DNA of 64,000 nt from Octopus vulgaris (Eukaryota), in NCBI GenBank assembly GCA_951406725.2, contig OX597816.1:116250001-116314000 (forward strand), read 5' to 3'. The notes below the pieces were generated by a model. The model made no database searches, was not told the DNA's origin, and worked only from the letters and a program-made list of their open reading frames with translations. This document shows, piece after piece, positions 12,699-26,560 of this stretch (within the stretch, counting starts at the first letter, position 1; each line of letters starts with the position of its first letter). The translations under genes and the position numbers were made by a program.

Positions 12699-13075
12699 CA
12701 CTTGCGTCAGAAATTAATTAGCACTTCTCAAATTTCTACATTAAATAGGTTAAATCAATTAACCTATGAGCTGTTCAAAACGTCTTACGCGATGAGAAAA
12801 CTTAGTATGGTGTGATTTCGGTCCTTGCGAGGCGCTACCTATATCTATTAAACGAAGGAAGATTTGTCTGCATCCGCACTCCAAGTTGTTGCACTGCTAT
12901 GTCAACATCATAAGGGTGTAGACTCTCAAACTGCTCTGCAAACAAAGTTACGTCATCGTTCTGCGCAACAGTGAACTCGCAACAAAGCAATAGTTCGAGA
13001 TATGGCCACTAGGTGACAGCACATACCTTGAGTGAAGAGCAAATCAAGTGTGCTAATTACTTTCTGACGGTAGTG
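12699..13075. mobile_element. Tc1/mariner-type MITE
   Basis: TIRs CACTTGCGTCAGAAATTAATTAGCAC and CACTACCGTCAGAAAGTAATTAGCAC (23/26 identical), with TA on both flanks. Confidence 0.75.
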
Positions 13076-13347
13076 TATATATGTCGGGGTGTGTGCATGT
13101 ATTTGTGCGTATTCGTGTGTGTATATATAAACCCACACAGTAACCCACTCAGACATACACATACATCTGTGTATTCGCATCTGTACACACATTTATACAC
13201 ATCCATACGCAAACGATCGTTTTAACACATATATACATATATCCTTGCACACAAACACACAAAAAATACACGTAAATACATTAACTCAATATATTCTTAA
13301 ATATACACGCAAGCGAACATACAGCCACGATACCCGAATATAAACGC

Positions 13348-13391
<44 letters not shown>

Positions 13392-13759
13392 GGTGTATAC
13401 ATCTGTACACATGCGTATAAACACCCACATCATTCTAGTATCATATAAAGTTATAAAAGTATCTATCACGAACTGGTATCAGTTAAGTCGGCTGCGCCGT
13501 CGTCTTTAAACTTTGGTGGTTTTAGTGATAGGTCTACAGCTCTAAACTTCCTCGGATCTTAACTGGTGTAAGGGAACACGTGATTTTCTAAGACTTGAAA
13601 TTCAGAGAAGGATTAAATGAATTAGAAAATTGGAGAGACAGCGATTTCTTAAGATTTGATACTCTGAGAAAGATTAAGATGATTAGAAAAATATCCTTCT
13701 AATAAGAATTTTTGTGAAAAAAGATTGCAGAGGAATAGAAGGAAATGGAAAGGATATTG

Positions 13760-14790
13760 TTGTTTAGTGATTGATCATCTCTGATTGAGTGTGATAAAAT
13801 GTATTCCAACCATGACCTCTTCGCTTTCCTTCTTTGTTCAGGATAACCAAAACCAGATTATACAATATGTCCCTATAGGATAAGTAGAAAGTGGTCACTG
13901 AGTTTTGCTGCTACTTTCTGCAGATCGAGTGATCACGTACAAGTTCACGAGATAATACGTATTACGTTTCATCTGCATTGCTTAAAAAAAAAACCTGTGG
14001 TGGATTAACACTGACATTGAGATTGCTGTTTATTCGCCTTATCCACTTTCATTTTTAAGAAAATATATCTGAAAAGTGCAAATTTTCAAACTTAAAAAAT
14101 AATTATCACGAACCCTATGACTTTTTTCAGTAATATGTTCCTAAGCAACATTTCAGCAACCTTACTGTAGAAATTGTGGCCTAGAACTTGAAAATTTCAA
14201 ATATATAAACAAACATACGTACATGCATACATACAGACAGGTACACATACGTACATACATACAAACAAACATATTAACATAAAGAGTTGGCAAGAAGGAG
14301 CCAACACAGAACAACACTGCTTGAGAACTGTTGTGAGAGCAAGCTCAGATTTGGCCGCGCATAAAAAATACACATGTTCGTACGGCAGGTGGAGCTAAAT
14401 TGTTACATTTTCTTGTTGTTGTAGTGTAGTTGTTGTTGTAGTTGTTGTTGTTGTTGTTGTTCTTCTTCTTCTTCTTCTTCTTCTTCTTCTTCTTCTTCTT
14501 CATCATCTTGCTGCTGCTGCAGCTGTTTTGCTTAGCTTCATGTCAGCCATGATCAAGCAGGTCTATGATCAAAGACATTCCAGATGTGACCATCTTGGCT
14601 TTAACATGTATGCCCGAAACTCAGGAACATTTGCTGTTTTTGCTTTTATTTTAAGGTCAGCCACAATAAAACAAACCGATGGATCAAAGGCATTCCAGTC
14701 GTGATCATCACGCCTTTTCTTATATATAAGAAACCAGGACCACATTATTCAATGTGTTTTCTAAAGCAGTAGAGCGACAGAAAAATTTAT
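13760..14790 (+). repeat. Decayed copies of an old dispersed repeat
   Basis: Recurrent motif CAGCC..GATCAAGCAG..CTATGATCAAAG.CATTCCAG...TGACCATC at about 13770, 14545 and 14655; related sequence at 39870-40030 and 46570-46755. Confidence 0.45.
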
Positions 14791-15051
14791 CGGTGGGACG
14801 AAGCAGTCCATCAATGATGACTCGTCAATCAAGGCTTCACCTTGATCCATGGCTTCGTTTATCGATGTTCTTTATGATCAAAACTAGTCTTATAAACCAC
14901 TTTTTACTTTATAAGGATAAATTCAATGGAATCACATTCGCGTCAGTGATAGACGCCAATGAGGATAATATTTTGAATGAGATTTAACTGGGGTTGTTTT
15001 TTTTGTAGACAACCGCCGTATTGCGAAAATTTCTGAAACGTTCCATTAGAG

Positions 15052-15536
15052 CAACTGCGCTGGCGAGTCCATTTTATTGCGTCCGTAGGCTGGTATGCTC
15101 GAATGTACAAAATATAATAAATTGTTCATTTATAAATTTTATACAATATTCGTATGCTTATTTGCGATATAGGTCGCATTTCCACTACGGCTTAAAACTG
15201 TTAGACTCGAACAGAAAATCGTCCGGTAATTGCCATTTGAATGGAAATTTTGTTCTCACTATAGAACACATATTACTAGGTTTGTACCACTCCCTTGAGA
15301 CTCATCTACACTCTAGCTGAAAGATATAAAAACCTCATGTGTAATATAAACGTCCTAAATTCAGTTGCAAAGAATTTACGCGTTAATTTAATCTGTTAAA
15401 CGTATCTTTATTAAAATATATTGAATTATTCATTACAAGATTTACACAGATATAAGAGTTAGAACTCGTGATCCGCCCGCGGACCTTCTTCTTTCGAAAT
15501 TTTTGCCCGCCGCAGTAAAAAGATTCCCCACCCCTG
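15052..15536. mobile_element. hAT-like MITE (decayed left end)
   Basis: The right end reads CAGGGGTGGGGAATCTTTTTACTGCGG on the minus strand. The 8 bp flanks are CATTAGAG (15044-15051) and CATTAAAG (15537-15544). Confidence 0.5.
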
Positions 15537-15759
15537 CATTAAAGTTTTCTGAAATAAATAAATATACACAATGACATATGTATATGGCATACACATCTAC
15601 ATAAAGAATAAACCCCGCACAGTCGTATACAAAGAGGAACACGCACTTTATACACACACATTTACAACTACATATACGCAGACATTAATTCATTCACATA
15701 CTTTCAAATCCTTGGAATTATTCTCAAAACTTTCGTCACGAAATAAATATAGAATGTTG

Positions 15760-16187
15760 GGATCTTTTCGGTTTGAACGGCGGTTTTTCTAGCGGTGTCA
15801 TATGAAATTGTCACCCATAATTATGACCCTAGAATCGATCTATTACATTTCAATCTCTTTTAGGGTTAGGGTTACGGTTAGGGTTAGGGGTGGGGGAAGG
15901 GTATCTTTTTTTTCTTCACAAATGTAAATAAACCTAATCTGTTTCTTTAACGAGGGACATATTCATACGGCACAGAATGCTTTTTAACTCAATGGACGTC
16001 ACTGATTGGTTAAAATTGCAGAAATTGAAGAAAAAACCCCACAAATATCTTGCAAACTATAGAATTTTCTCAATAAAGCCAAGAGAAAAGGATGTTTTAT
16101 AAACACATTCTACCAGTATACGAAGTTTAAAATGTTTTAGTTACCTAGAAATTATGTTAAAAACTGCCGTTCAGACCGAAAAGGTCC
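15760..16187. mobile_element. MITE with GG-terminated TIRs and 8 bp TSD (Merlin-like), carrying internal TTAGGG repeats
   Basis: TIRs GGATCTTTTCGGTTTGAACGGCGGTTTT / AAAACTGCCGTTCAGACCGAAAAGGTCC, exact TSD GAATGTTG (15752-15759, 16188-16195), and five TTAGGG-like units at 15860-15889. Confidence 0.85.
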
Positions 16188-16559
16188 GAATGTTGAAATG
16201 TTTAATAAGTTTTAATATAGTTAAATATCACCTACGTAAAAAAGACAAATTATAAATAAGTATGCGATATGAGAAAGACAACATTAACTTAGTGTTTAAT
16301 ATTATTTTAATCATTAAATGTGGCAAACTGGCAGAATCATTATCACGCAAATGGTTACCGACATTTTATCCGTCAGTACGTACTGAGTTCAAGCTTCGCT
16401 GATATCGATTTTGCATAAAATAAGTGCCAGTTAAGCAATGAAATCAATAAATTCGGCTTACCCCCTCCCAGAACTTGTTATCCTTGTACCAAAGTTTGAA
16501 TTCAATATTTTTTTTATCATATTAGCAAAGTAAAGACAATTCTGGATTGCATAGGCGTA

Positions 16560-16736
16560 GGCGCAGGAGTGGCTGTGTGGTAAATAGCTTGCTTACCAAC
16601 CACAAGGCTCCGGGTTCAGTCCCACTGCGTGGCACCTTGGGCAAGTGTCTTCTACAATAGTCTCGGGCCGACCAAAGCCTTGTGGGTGGATTTGGTAGAC
16701 AGAAATCGAAAGAAGTCCGTCGTATATATGTATATG

Positions 16737-16788
<52 letters not shown>

Positions 16789-16984
16789 TCCCCCATAACA
16801 TCGCTTGACAACCGATGCTGGTGTGTTTACGTCCCCGTAACTTAGCGGTTCGGCAAAAGGGACCGATAGAGTAAGTATTAGGCTTACAAGGAATAAGTCC
16901 TGGGGTTGATTTCCTCGACTAAAGAATGTGCTCCAGCATGGCCGCAGTCAAATGACTGGAAAAAGTAAAAGAGTAAAGAGAGTA
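16560..16984 (+). mobile_element. tRNA-derived SINE family B (full length, internal microsatellite)
   Basis: Head GGCGCAGGAGTGGCTGTGTGGT...GGGTTCAGTCCC, then ACCTTGGGCAAGT, an internal (TA)n(TG)n, and tail CAGCATGGCCGCAGTCAAATGACTG-(GAGTAAA)n. Confidence 0.85.
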
Positions 16985-19017
16985 AGCTTCGGTTTTATTA
17001 GACCTCCTCAACGCGGCATAGTCTTCACCGTATATTGTCAAGTAATGAGAAGAAAATAATTAAGCAGATACATAATACTCTACACTAGTAGGTATGAAAA
17101 ATTAGCTGTTAAATCTCATCCAAATTATAATCATCAATGGAACTTATCACTGACTACATTTTGAATTTATTCATGTAAATCTAAGTGGCAATATAAACCT
17201 TTTTTTTTTATTTAAAAGAACGCTGAAAACGAAGTCATGAGATCGGGGTGGAGATCTAATTCAAGGGACCTCGTTGTTAAAAATAAATAACTTATGAATG
17301 AATGCGTGAAGAAGTTTTGACTTGACTTTCGTGCAGATAATATTGGGTTAATAAAAATAATAATGAAGATGAATAAAAATAAAAACCAATAGGTGATGGG
17401 GCAGTTTATAAAATAACTATTATTATATTAAAAGAAATCGGTATTGATAATGGTAGGTAATATTAATAATGATGAATTGTTATAAAGCTGGATATTAATT
17501 ACTATGTTAGATAATAACAGTAAATGATAATTGCTTTTGTTAATTAATCAGTGGAGAATTGGAAGCAGTCTCAACCTCTGTAAACCTTACTCCTTTCTGT
17601 TGTGCTGTAATAAGATATGAGCTGTGTTTCTGTAGTTTAGTCCCACATCAGCTCTGCTTTTATTTAGCAGATTTTGGTCAAAAGCATTCTAGTTGTTACC
17701 AACTCGTCTTATTTTCAGGCACATGTATAGAACTATATTTTAAAACGTTTTCTTCGTTTGGTGCAGAACATGGCATGATTTGTGGGTGATTTGCCTGCCA
17801 TCTCTCGGGGACCTAGATGATCCCACATGTGTTTTTGTTTTCTGATGTAGATATAAAACCTGAAATTTGCGATGACTCCAGCACTTGACTGGTACTTTAT
17901 TCTATCGAATCCCAAGGGAAGAAAGTCAGAATTGACTTCGGAGTATTTTGAGCTCATAATGTAAAGAACCGGACGAAGTGTTACACAGTATATTTTCCGA
18001 TGCTCTAACATTACTACCAGCTCACGACCAAGGAAGTAGTCAGATGATTTAGTGACAGAGTTGATAGCACTGAATATTTAGAGGCAGCGTTGGAAGGTAA
18101 GGAGTGGCGATTCAGTATGTCTCAAACATACGAGGAAAAGAGAACAGAACTTGACGAATGCAGTTCAGAATTTCGAGATGTAATGCAAATAAGTGACAAC
18201 ACTGAGTCATTTACATAAATACATAAATCCGAACATCAAGTAATGCAAAAACATCAAGTAATGTTGGATAACTTCAACAAGTCTTCAAAATACCTTAATT
18301 ATGCTCGGTATGGTTTCCGGTTTTTCTGTTTCTTTTTTTTGATCAGATCAGTTATCAAAATAAAATTCTTCCCCCTTTTCTCCAACTTGTTTGGCTAAAT
18401 AAAGACTCACTGCATATACCTTTAAATTATAGTAGTGCCACGTTAATTGAATTTGGATACTTAACTCAGTAAATTGATACTTTGACCGATTCGACGATGT
18501 GTATTTTGGTTCTATGATCAACTCAATGTTATAGTGTAAGTGGTTGAATATATCATGTACACTATCGCTCTTTTGGTAATCTCGTGCGTGAATCACACGC
18601 ATAGTTTTTATTTTCTGATAGACTTCCATATATGTTACCATTTGAGCAATTTCATTCACAAGATTTAAGCAGAAAAGATGCTATATTAGAACAGGCATTT
18701 AAAGAAGGTAACGCGCAAAGGGGTCGAAGCTGTGCAACACGCAGTATTTTACCATTTGGCTAAGCACGCACTATAATCATTTAACATTATCATTAAAGAT
18801 ATCAAAAGAATTCAAAAATATTACAAATCCTATCTCTCTATATGACAACGTTTTACACAGGAGCAACATCCAATGTTGTGAGTTCCATACGTTTTCCAAG
18901 ATTATTAAAGACAAAACTTAAATGGCTTTAATTTAACCCAAAACCATGTCATGCAGATCTATCGCTTAAATTTTGTCTCCTGTTAACAATGCTCACCACA
19001 ATTACATGTTATTAACT

Positions 19018-20540
19018 GATTACCGGTAAGTTCACCGCCATCAATTAATCGCAAGGGAGTTCACCGCCATCAATTGATCGCAAGAGAGTTCACCATGACG
19101 AAAGTTCACCGTGAGGCAAGTTCACCACGAGGAAAGTTTACCGAGAAAATATTAGGTTGTCAAGAAAGTTCTTGCGGAATTTTAAATTTTGGTTTTAAAT
19201 GATGTATTTTCAAATTGATTTTTGTTACATTACTTTGACTATATATCATTTTAAAGCCCGTTTTTCACTCTATCTAATCGTGTTACTTTTTTTCTGTTTG
19301 AATAATTAGGCCATTTTTTCCGGAACGTTGAATACAACATGGACAAAAAGCAAACTCGCACAATTTTCTTATTCCAGTTCAAGCTAAGCCGAAAAGCTGC
19401 TGAAACAGCTCGCCATATCAACGATGCTTTTGGCCCAGGAACCACTAATGAAGGTACAGCACAATGGTGGTTCAAGAATTTCGGAGCGGTGACGAGGGTC
19501 TTGAAGATAATAAGCGTAGTGGTCGGCCAATGGATGTTGACAACGATCAACTAAGAGCCTTAGTCGAAGCCAATCCACGCACAACTGTGCAAGAGCTTGC
19601 TTCTGAATTAGACGTAACGTACACGACAATTTCCAACCACTTGAAATGGATTGGAAAAATAAAAATACTTCAGAAATGGGTGCCGTACGAACTGAACAAC
19701 ATACGAAAAAAAAAAGCTCCGTTTTGAAGTGTCGTCTTCCCTTCTTTCACGCAACAAGAACGACCCGTTTCTCGACTAGATTGTGACTTACGATGAAAAG
19801 TGGATTCTTTACGACAACCAGCGACGCTCAACTCAGTGGTTGGACGCCGACGAAGCTCCACGGCACTTCCCGAAGCCAAAATTACACCAAAAGAAGGTCA
19901 TGGTGACTGTTTGGTGGTCGGCGGCCGGTCGCATCCATCACAACTTTTTGGATCCAGGAGAAACCATTACGGCGAAGTAAGTAAATGGATGAAATGCATA
20001 AGAAGCTCCGACACCAACAACCAGCATTGTTCAATAGAAAAGGACCAATTCTTCTCCGCGACAACGCTCGGCCGCACGTCGCACAACTGACCCTCCAGAA
20101 GTTGAATGAATCGGGCTACGAAACTCTGCCTCATCCGCCATACTCACCAGATCTCTCGCCTACCGACTACCACTTTTTTAAGCATCACGATAGCTTCCTG
20201 CGTGAGAAATGCTTTAAAAACCAAGACGATACCAAACACGCCTTCAACGACTTCCTCGCCACTAGAACGCAGGATTTTTACGCTAGTAGCATAAATAAAC
20301 TTGTTTGGCAAAAGTGTGTTGATTCTGATGCTGTTTATTTCGATTAATAAAGTTTTGTTTGGACCGAGATATATGCATCTGAATTTGAAGGTTAAAAACC
20401 GCATGAACTTTCTTGACAACCTAACATATCCTTTGTATCTCACTATTAATAGTTAAAAACTATTTTATTGAAAAGCAAAACGGTGAACTGATGAGGGTGA
20501 ACTTTCCTTGCGTGAATTGATGACGGTGAACTTACCGGAC
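19018..20540. mobile_element. Mutator-like MITE (about 250 bp) interrupted by a mariner
   Basis: TIR CCGGTAAGTTCACCGCCATCAATT / AATTGATGACGGTGAACTTACCGG, subterminal AGTTCACC repeats, and 11 bp flanking duplication TGTTATTAACT (19007-19017, 20541-20551). Confidence 0.75.
19152..20424 (+). mobile_element. Full-length mariner transposon (DD34D, Hsmar1/cecropia-like), transposase frameshifted
   Basis: TIR TTAGGTTGTCAAGAAAGTTC(T/A)TGCGG, TA on the left and CA on the right. ORF pieces 19339-20347: MDKKQTRTIFLFQFK, KWVPYEL, TYDEKW, DNARPH...YSPDLSPTDY. Confidence 0.95.
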
Positions 20541-22228
20541 TGTTATTAACTATTGCATATCCTTGAAATAATTCCTAATTGAAGGTTAATCAAAGTGATC
20601 GGTCTGAATCTTGTGAGTACAATACGGCATGAAAATAGTATACGAGACATGAAATAATATTTTTACTTCATAATCTTATTGATAAAAGCCTAATTAAAAC
20701 GAAATTTACATTTAAATAAAATAGTATGACATTGAAACCAAGTTTGGCTTCGTGATTAAAAAGCTCGCTTCGAAATCATATGAATTAGGGTTCAGTTCCA
20801 CTGCACGGTACTTTGGGAAAGTGTCTTCTATAGCTCCGGCACAATCAATGCTTTGAGAGAATTTGATAGACGGAAACTGTAATGAAGCCCGTCGTATACA
20901 TATATACATACACATACACTTATACACATATATATGCGCACGTGTGTGTGTGTGCGTGTGTGTAAGTACATGCATGTGCGTGTGTGTATTTGTATCTGTT
21001 TGTCACACAGACCCACCTATAGAGAGTTGGTATTAGTATGTTTACTTACTCGTAACTTAACGGTTCGGCCTAAAAAGATGATAGAACAAAACCTAGAGTT
21101 CAATATTAGTACACAACAGGTTGGGAGATGAGTCACAGAGTTACATACTACAACTCTGTTGTAAACTTTCACGCTGAATCTCAGGTCTAAGAATATCTTC
21201 CTCTTTTCATCTTGCTACTCTCAGTAGCCATTAAAAATATCACGAGGACTGCTTTTGCTCCTACAACTAAGAATCATACTTTATCATCACAAGAAGAGAA
21301 GAACACTTGAATAATGTAGTCCTCAATACACTATGTCTGCGATAAAATTTAGCATGATGAAAAAATGGAAAGGGTGTCGGATTTGTGAATATGTTAAATA
21401 AAGACTGCACAATCCATATAAGACTTAAAATAATTCCAAGGCGAATGCTTTTTTTGAGAACCCCTGGTATAATCTTTTTAGCAAGGTTGACAGAGCTTAG
21501 GGCCTACATACCGCACTGCCTTTCATCGCAAATCTGTTTGATCAGGGATGTCATTGATTGAACAACAATTTAAATAATCCTGAAAGTGTTGTGTTTTCCC
21601 TACCCATCCTTACTCATGCAACTTTATACTAATAATTTCTTCACCATCACTTCCAGCCATAATCACTCCTTTGATGATAACTCATCCTCGTTCTTCAATT
21701 CATCTAGATCTTTCCAACATCATTTACCACTAAAGCTTAACTGCTACCAATTAATATACATACTTTTCACTAGTGAAGACCTCCCACACATTCTGTAATG
21801 AGATTCGCGGGGCGGGGTACCTTGGAAACATCTATAAAAACAAAGAAACCATGTTCGTCTCTAGAAAACAGTTTTCTACACCTCGTTTAAAAACATTACT
21901 TATTCCACGATTAACAAAATAAATAAATAAATAAACTAATTAAATAAACTAATTACATGCCAGAATTAATAATCTTTACAGACTTCTAAATAAAAATAAC
22001 CTGAAACTATCATCTTAGCGTTTTGCTTCCCCTGTGGTTAATTATCAGAGTAATGAAGTCAGTATTGACAACGTGACTGCTGCTGCCCACGCCAGAATAA
22101 TCCCCGGAGTATCTTTGCTAACACTCTCCTAACCATATCTGTTGGCGAGCCAAAGAGAGTTTTGTGTAGTCAACAAATTTATGCTAAAATAGTAGCCAAA
22201 TTTTCCGCAAACCACTACAGTGTTTGTA

Positions 22229-22422
<194 letters not shown>

Positions 22423-24209
22423 ACCTGTTGGATAATGAACCTATTGAAGAAAAGACGGTATGGTGACGGATGGAAAACGTTTTATCATAAGGTCTATCAA
22501 ACGAAACGAAATGCCAAAAGGGATTTAATAGTATCTGCCAAACTCTTGCATTTTTCATACACCTGTGCATTATAAATAAATAAAAAAAATAGCCAATTAG
22601 AAGAAAACAGAAAGCATATAATTTCTGTTTCAAACTTAACAAAAATCATAACACTGTATTGTAAATATGTATGTATGTACACGAGGTTGCAATACAAGCA
22701 AAAGCAGGTAGGTAGAGAAGTAGATTGCTCTACCTCAATCCAGGCAGTGATCTCTCACCTGTATGTAGTCAATAAGGTAAAATGCTTTTCTGTTTTATCT
22801 CTAAACTGTGTGCTTTATAAAGTATATGTATACCTATCAATAATTTGCATGCTTCTTTAAATTTTTATCTTCTGTCCAACTTACATGTATATCTTTCACC
22901 ACTGCCTTAACCTAGATGTAAACAGTCCGTTCAACGCCACACGAATTTGTAACCCACCTCACATTCAGTGTACAAGGAATTTTATCGTCTCTTCGATGTT
23001 TCTGTGTGTATTCTCCAGGGATCGATAAAATACAATGCGAGTCAACTACTAGGTTTGATTTAATTGATTACCGTTACCCTCAAATATCCTTGTCATTGTG
23101 CTTGAAATCATCTTTGCTTTTCATTTTTACAGGGTGGGTAAAATAAAATGCCAGCAGAATGGTTGTAGCCACAACTGTAACAGCAAAAGCATTTCGTAAT
23201 GCTAAAATCAGCAGTCGCCATAACAACAACAGAAATAACAACATAAACAACAGCAACATAAACAGTAAAGGAAACACGACACTCAAGAGCTACCACATCA
23301 CCAAGAATAACAGCAACTGAAAGCAACTGAAAGACTTCAGAGAAAATATCACTTATAGTCTTTAGTAAGAATTGGCTTTTGGAAACACTTATATCCAGCT
23401 GGAGAAATGAAATACCTGTCTCCCCATACGAATAATGTAACTGATCCTTTCTCACCTTCCTTCTGTCGAACATGGTCTTACTAAAAATAACCAGTATAAA
23501 TCTACGTAGCCTCGAGTCACCTTGGAACAGAGCCACCTGCTAAATTATCTCAGGGCACTAGATATAGGTATGGTGGTCGTCAACATGATGAAAGTTTCCG
23601 ATTCACATGCCATCATTGCCATTTTGGATGTATAAGGGATAAAATTATCTCCAAATTGACCGGGATTAGGAGGCTATCTCACGATACGGACCATCCTCCT
23701 GGATCCAGAAGTTCAGTTCATGCTCATGAACAAGAACAGTAGTGAAGTCGGTGCCTTCAGATATTGAATGTATGTATGCTCCGACAAGGGTGGGGACGTA
23801 AAACTTTTTCCCACGAGTGTTCCGGACCCCAGTTATGAACTCATTTCCATACAACCAATCAGCTATAGAGCTCAACTATCAAACTAATTTATGAGCACAT
23901 AACAAGTGATGGGCGATAAGATAAGGTCACTTGGGTAAGGAATGACCATGCTTCTTTTCTCTTCTGATAATGCTTGCGTTCTTGTTCTTGTTTCTGTATA
24001 GTTATTTGTGTTGTTGTTTATTTTGTAAAACAGTAAGGGGAGAGGTTTGCTAGCACATCACTCTCCACACACATTTTCATCCACATCTTTACCATATGGT
24101 GCCCAAACAAAATCCGATAATAGGTATAGATGCAGATCTGTCTAATTACTTGTCTCCTAAAATCAGGCATAATTTGGCGATCGGTCGACTTACAACACCA
24201 CTCTTCGTC

Positions 24210-24510
24210 TTGAGTTGACTTGGTAGGGTGTGTTTGCTAACTTGACAAGATCAAGGTGAGCTCAGATTGGCTGTATGCAAATGAGTTCAATACTGGGGTC
24301 CGGAACTCACATGGGGAAAAAACGATTTCGCGGGCGGGGCTGTCAGATTTCTTCAAACATATGGAAGGTTTCCTTTGAATGTCCCGCTCTTTAGTGCTGG
24401 TGGGCGACTGGAACACCTTCTGGGATGCACGTATAGATTGTGTAGGGCTAAGTGAGGGGAGAAGGGTGCAAACTCCTTCTACGACACCTGCTGAGTAGAA
24501 GACTGGGAAT
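24210..24510 (+). mobile_element. Tx1/L1-like APE endonuclease remnant
   Basis: SDFFKHMEGFL*MSRSLVLVGDWNTFWDARIDCVG (GDWN motif). 24255-24325 has an inverted relative at about 23800-23875. Confidence 0.6.
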
Positions 24511-25259
24511 GACATGACTGATGAAGCGCAGATATGCACCGAGGCTGAGACATCTCCAGCGTTTTATTGACAGTGAGCAAGGGTAGTTACCGTTTCATAG
24601 ACTCGTCCCCTACATTCCTATGAAAGGGAAGGACATGCACTCTTTATCTATCTAGTAGTCTTAGTGAAAGACGATGTGTGGTGGACCAGAAAGAAAGGAT
24701 GAAAGAGTACAGTGGGGTTCACCACCACCCCGCCGCCTCTTTTGCCAAGCCTCCATAAACTTTTTCCACTTCTGAGGAGTTCGGCAGCAACTGCCCGGAA
24801 AACAGTGAAGCATCATAGTGCAATGGCAAAACCCGACGCCTAGAACCAGAAATACATATTCAGGTAAAAAGAGTTATTGACAGATATAGATCATATGATG
24901 AGGGCAAGTTGGTAAGGGAACGTGGAAGCCCTCTTCAAAGGCGAGGGCCTCACGCTAATGTATTCTATATTTCCAACAGATGATAAAGAACTCACCTTCT
25001 AGGGAGAGGAACATGTTACGTTAAGATGGAGAGAGTATTAGTTGGGTTGGACATCTGGTGGCTATTGGCAGTAACGCCCTCCTCGGCGTAAAACGAATGG
25101 AAAGGGAGTTTGGGTTTGGGACTAGATCAAACTGGAGGAACTTTTCTATTTGCATCTTGCTGTTTAAGGTACAAGACAAAGATGTCAGTTGTGTCATGCT
25201 GAAAGCTACTTAAGAATTTTCTGTTCTTGTCTACAGCAGACTTCACAGCCCAACAACAA

Positions 25260-25457
25260 CAGCTGCCTTTCAAGAATTTGGACCTGGAGATCTCCATTTC
25301 CAGCGACTTCGAGGGCCACCTCCCAGCGGTGTAGGGCGTCAACGAAGAGCCCTCGACTACAACAAGACGACAAAAGTTGTTTTTGTTAAGGTCTGGGGTC
25401 TCTCACCCCTAAGCCCTAGACCACCACCTAATCACCATTACCCGTCTTGTTGCTTAA
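25260..25457 (+). repeat. Second copy of the (CAA/CAG)n-bounded ~190 bp repeat
   Basis: Matches the reverse complement of 2723-2916. Confidence 0.8.
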
Positions 25458-25834
25458 CAACAACAACAACAACAGCAGCAGTGTACAGCAGTAACAGCAG
25501 AAGCGAAGAGAGAGTAAGCAGCAATATCATCAGTAATTGAAATAGCAGTAGCAGCAACGTGAATAACTGTAATACCAGGAGTCACTACCAATACCAACAG
25601 ATACAGCTGACCAGACTAAAGGCAACAGTCGAACGCCACCACACAAGAAAATCTTCATCGTAACTCCATCTTTCTTACTCTCCCTTTTTTCCATCATCTT
25701 TCAATCACACATATACACATAGACACACACGAAAACCTCCTTACCCTTGCCGCATAGGATGTTTCCAACGTGGAAATCTCATCTTATAACAATGAAGGGG
25801 CAACCAAGAAGTTGGATGGTTGTAATTAACATTA

Positions 25835-26560
25835 TTCATGGTAAATGATCACCTATCGCAACTATTCAGTATCAGGCGTTCGATCCACCAAAGCTGCCTC
25901 CTTTCTCTCCTTGTGTGCATGTTGGTTCTTAAGCCAACACTTTAGAAGCTGGAGGTTTCGACTGTTATAGCGATAGAACTGGGGGCAGAATATCTGTTTG
26001 TATTCGTAATAGTGGTGAACACCAAACACATCGGGTTGAACGACACTACTCTATGGAAACGAGACCATAACATGGGCAAACAATTAAATAAGAGTCGTAG
26101 ACCCTACAGCTCAAGCATGTCCATGGCATGTAACAATGCTGGACGGAGGGAAAGGTTAAATCGTTCCTAGTTTGGCTTGGCCAGACCTCCAGGTGGACAA
26201 GAACTGGGAAGAGCTGACGTGCAGGGTGGCTAATCTCACTCAAAAATGTTTTGAATGAATCTATTTCTGAAGGGTCGGGCGGAGGTGGTGAATACCTATA
26301 TTGCCTCCATCATCTACTCTCCCCTGGACCGTCGTATCTTGCCCCGCATTATGGATAACCAGAATGGAGTGCTTGCTTTTCCGTGTGTGTGTGTTTTTTT
26401 TTTGTGGCGAGGACGTGATCCACTGGCAAAACATTCTATTCGCTCTGAATATCCACTACATAGAGGGCTGGGTATGCCTTAGCTAACGATGCATAGACAT
26501 GCTCACTGAAACCACGACAACTCTAGCGGTTCCTTGACGCTGAGCAAGTAAGTTTGCCGT
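25835..26560 (+). mobile_element. Tx1/L1-like reverse transcriptase remnant
   Basis: VNDHLSQLFSIRRSIHQSCLLSLLV (decayed RQGCPLSP), PDLQVDKNWEELTCRV, LFLKGRAEVVNTYIASII and GLGMP. Confidence 0.7.

Noticed and set aside
15860-15889. TTAGGG run as a chromosome end or fusion site
   Set aside because: Only five units, internal to a TIR/TSD-bounded element.
18030-18800. Complex sequence with a 103 aa minus-strand ORF (18348-18659)
   Set aside because: No recognisable motif or clear splice sites; possibly an old transposon, and it cannot be assigned without a search.
19028-19143. Short spaced AGTTCACC repeats resembling a CRISPR or iteron array
   Set aside because: The context is eukaryotic, repeats and spacers are too short, and they are explained as MITE subterminal repeats.
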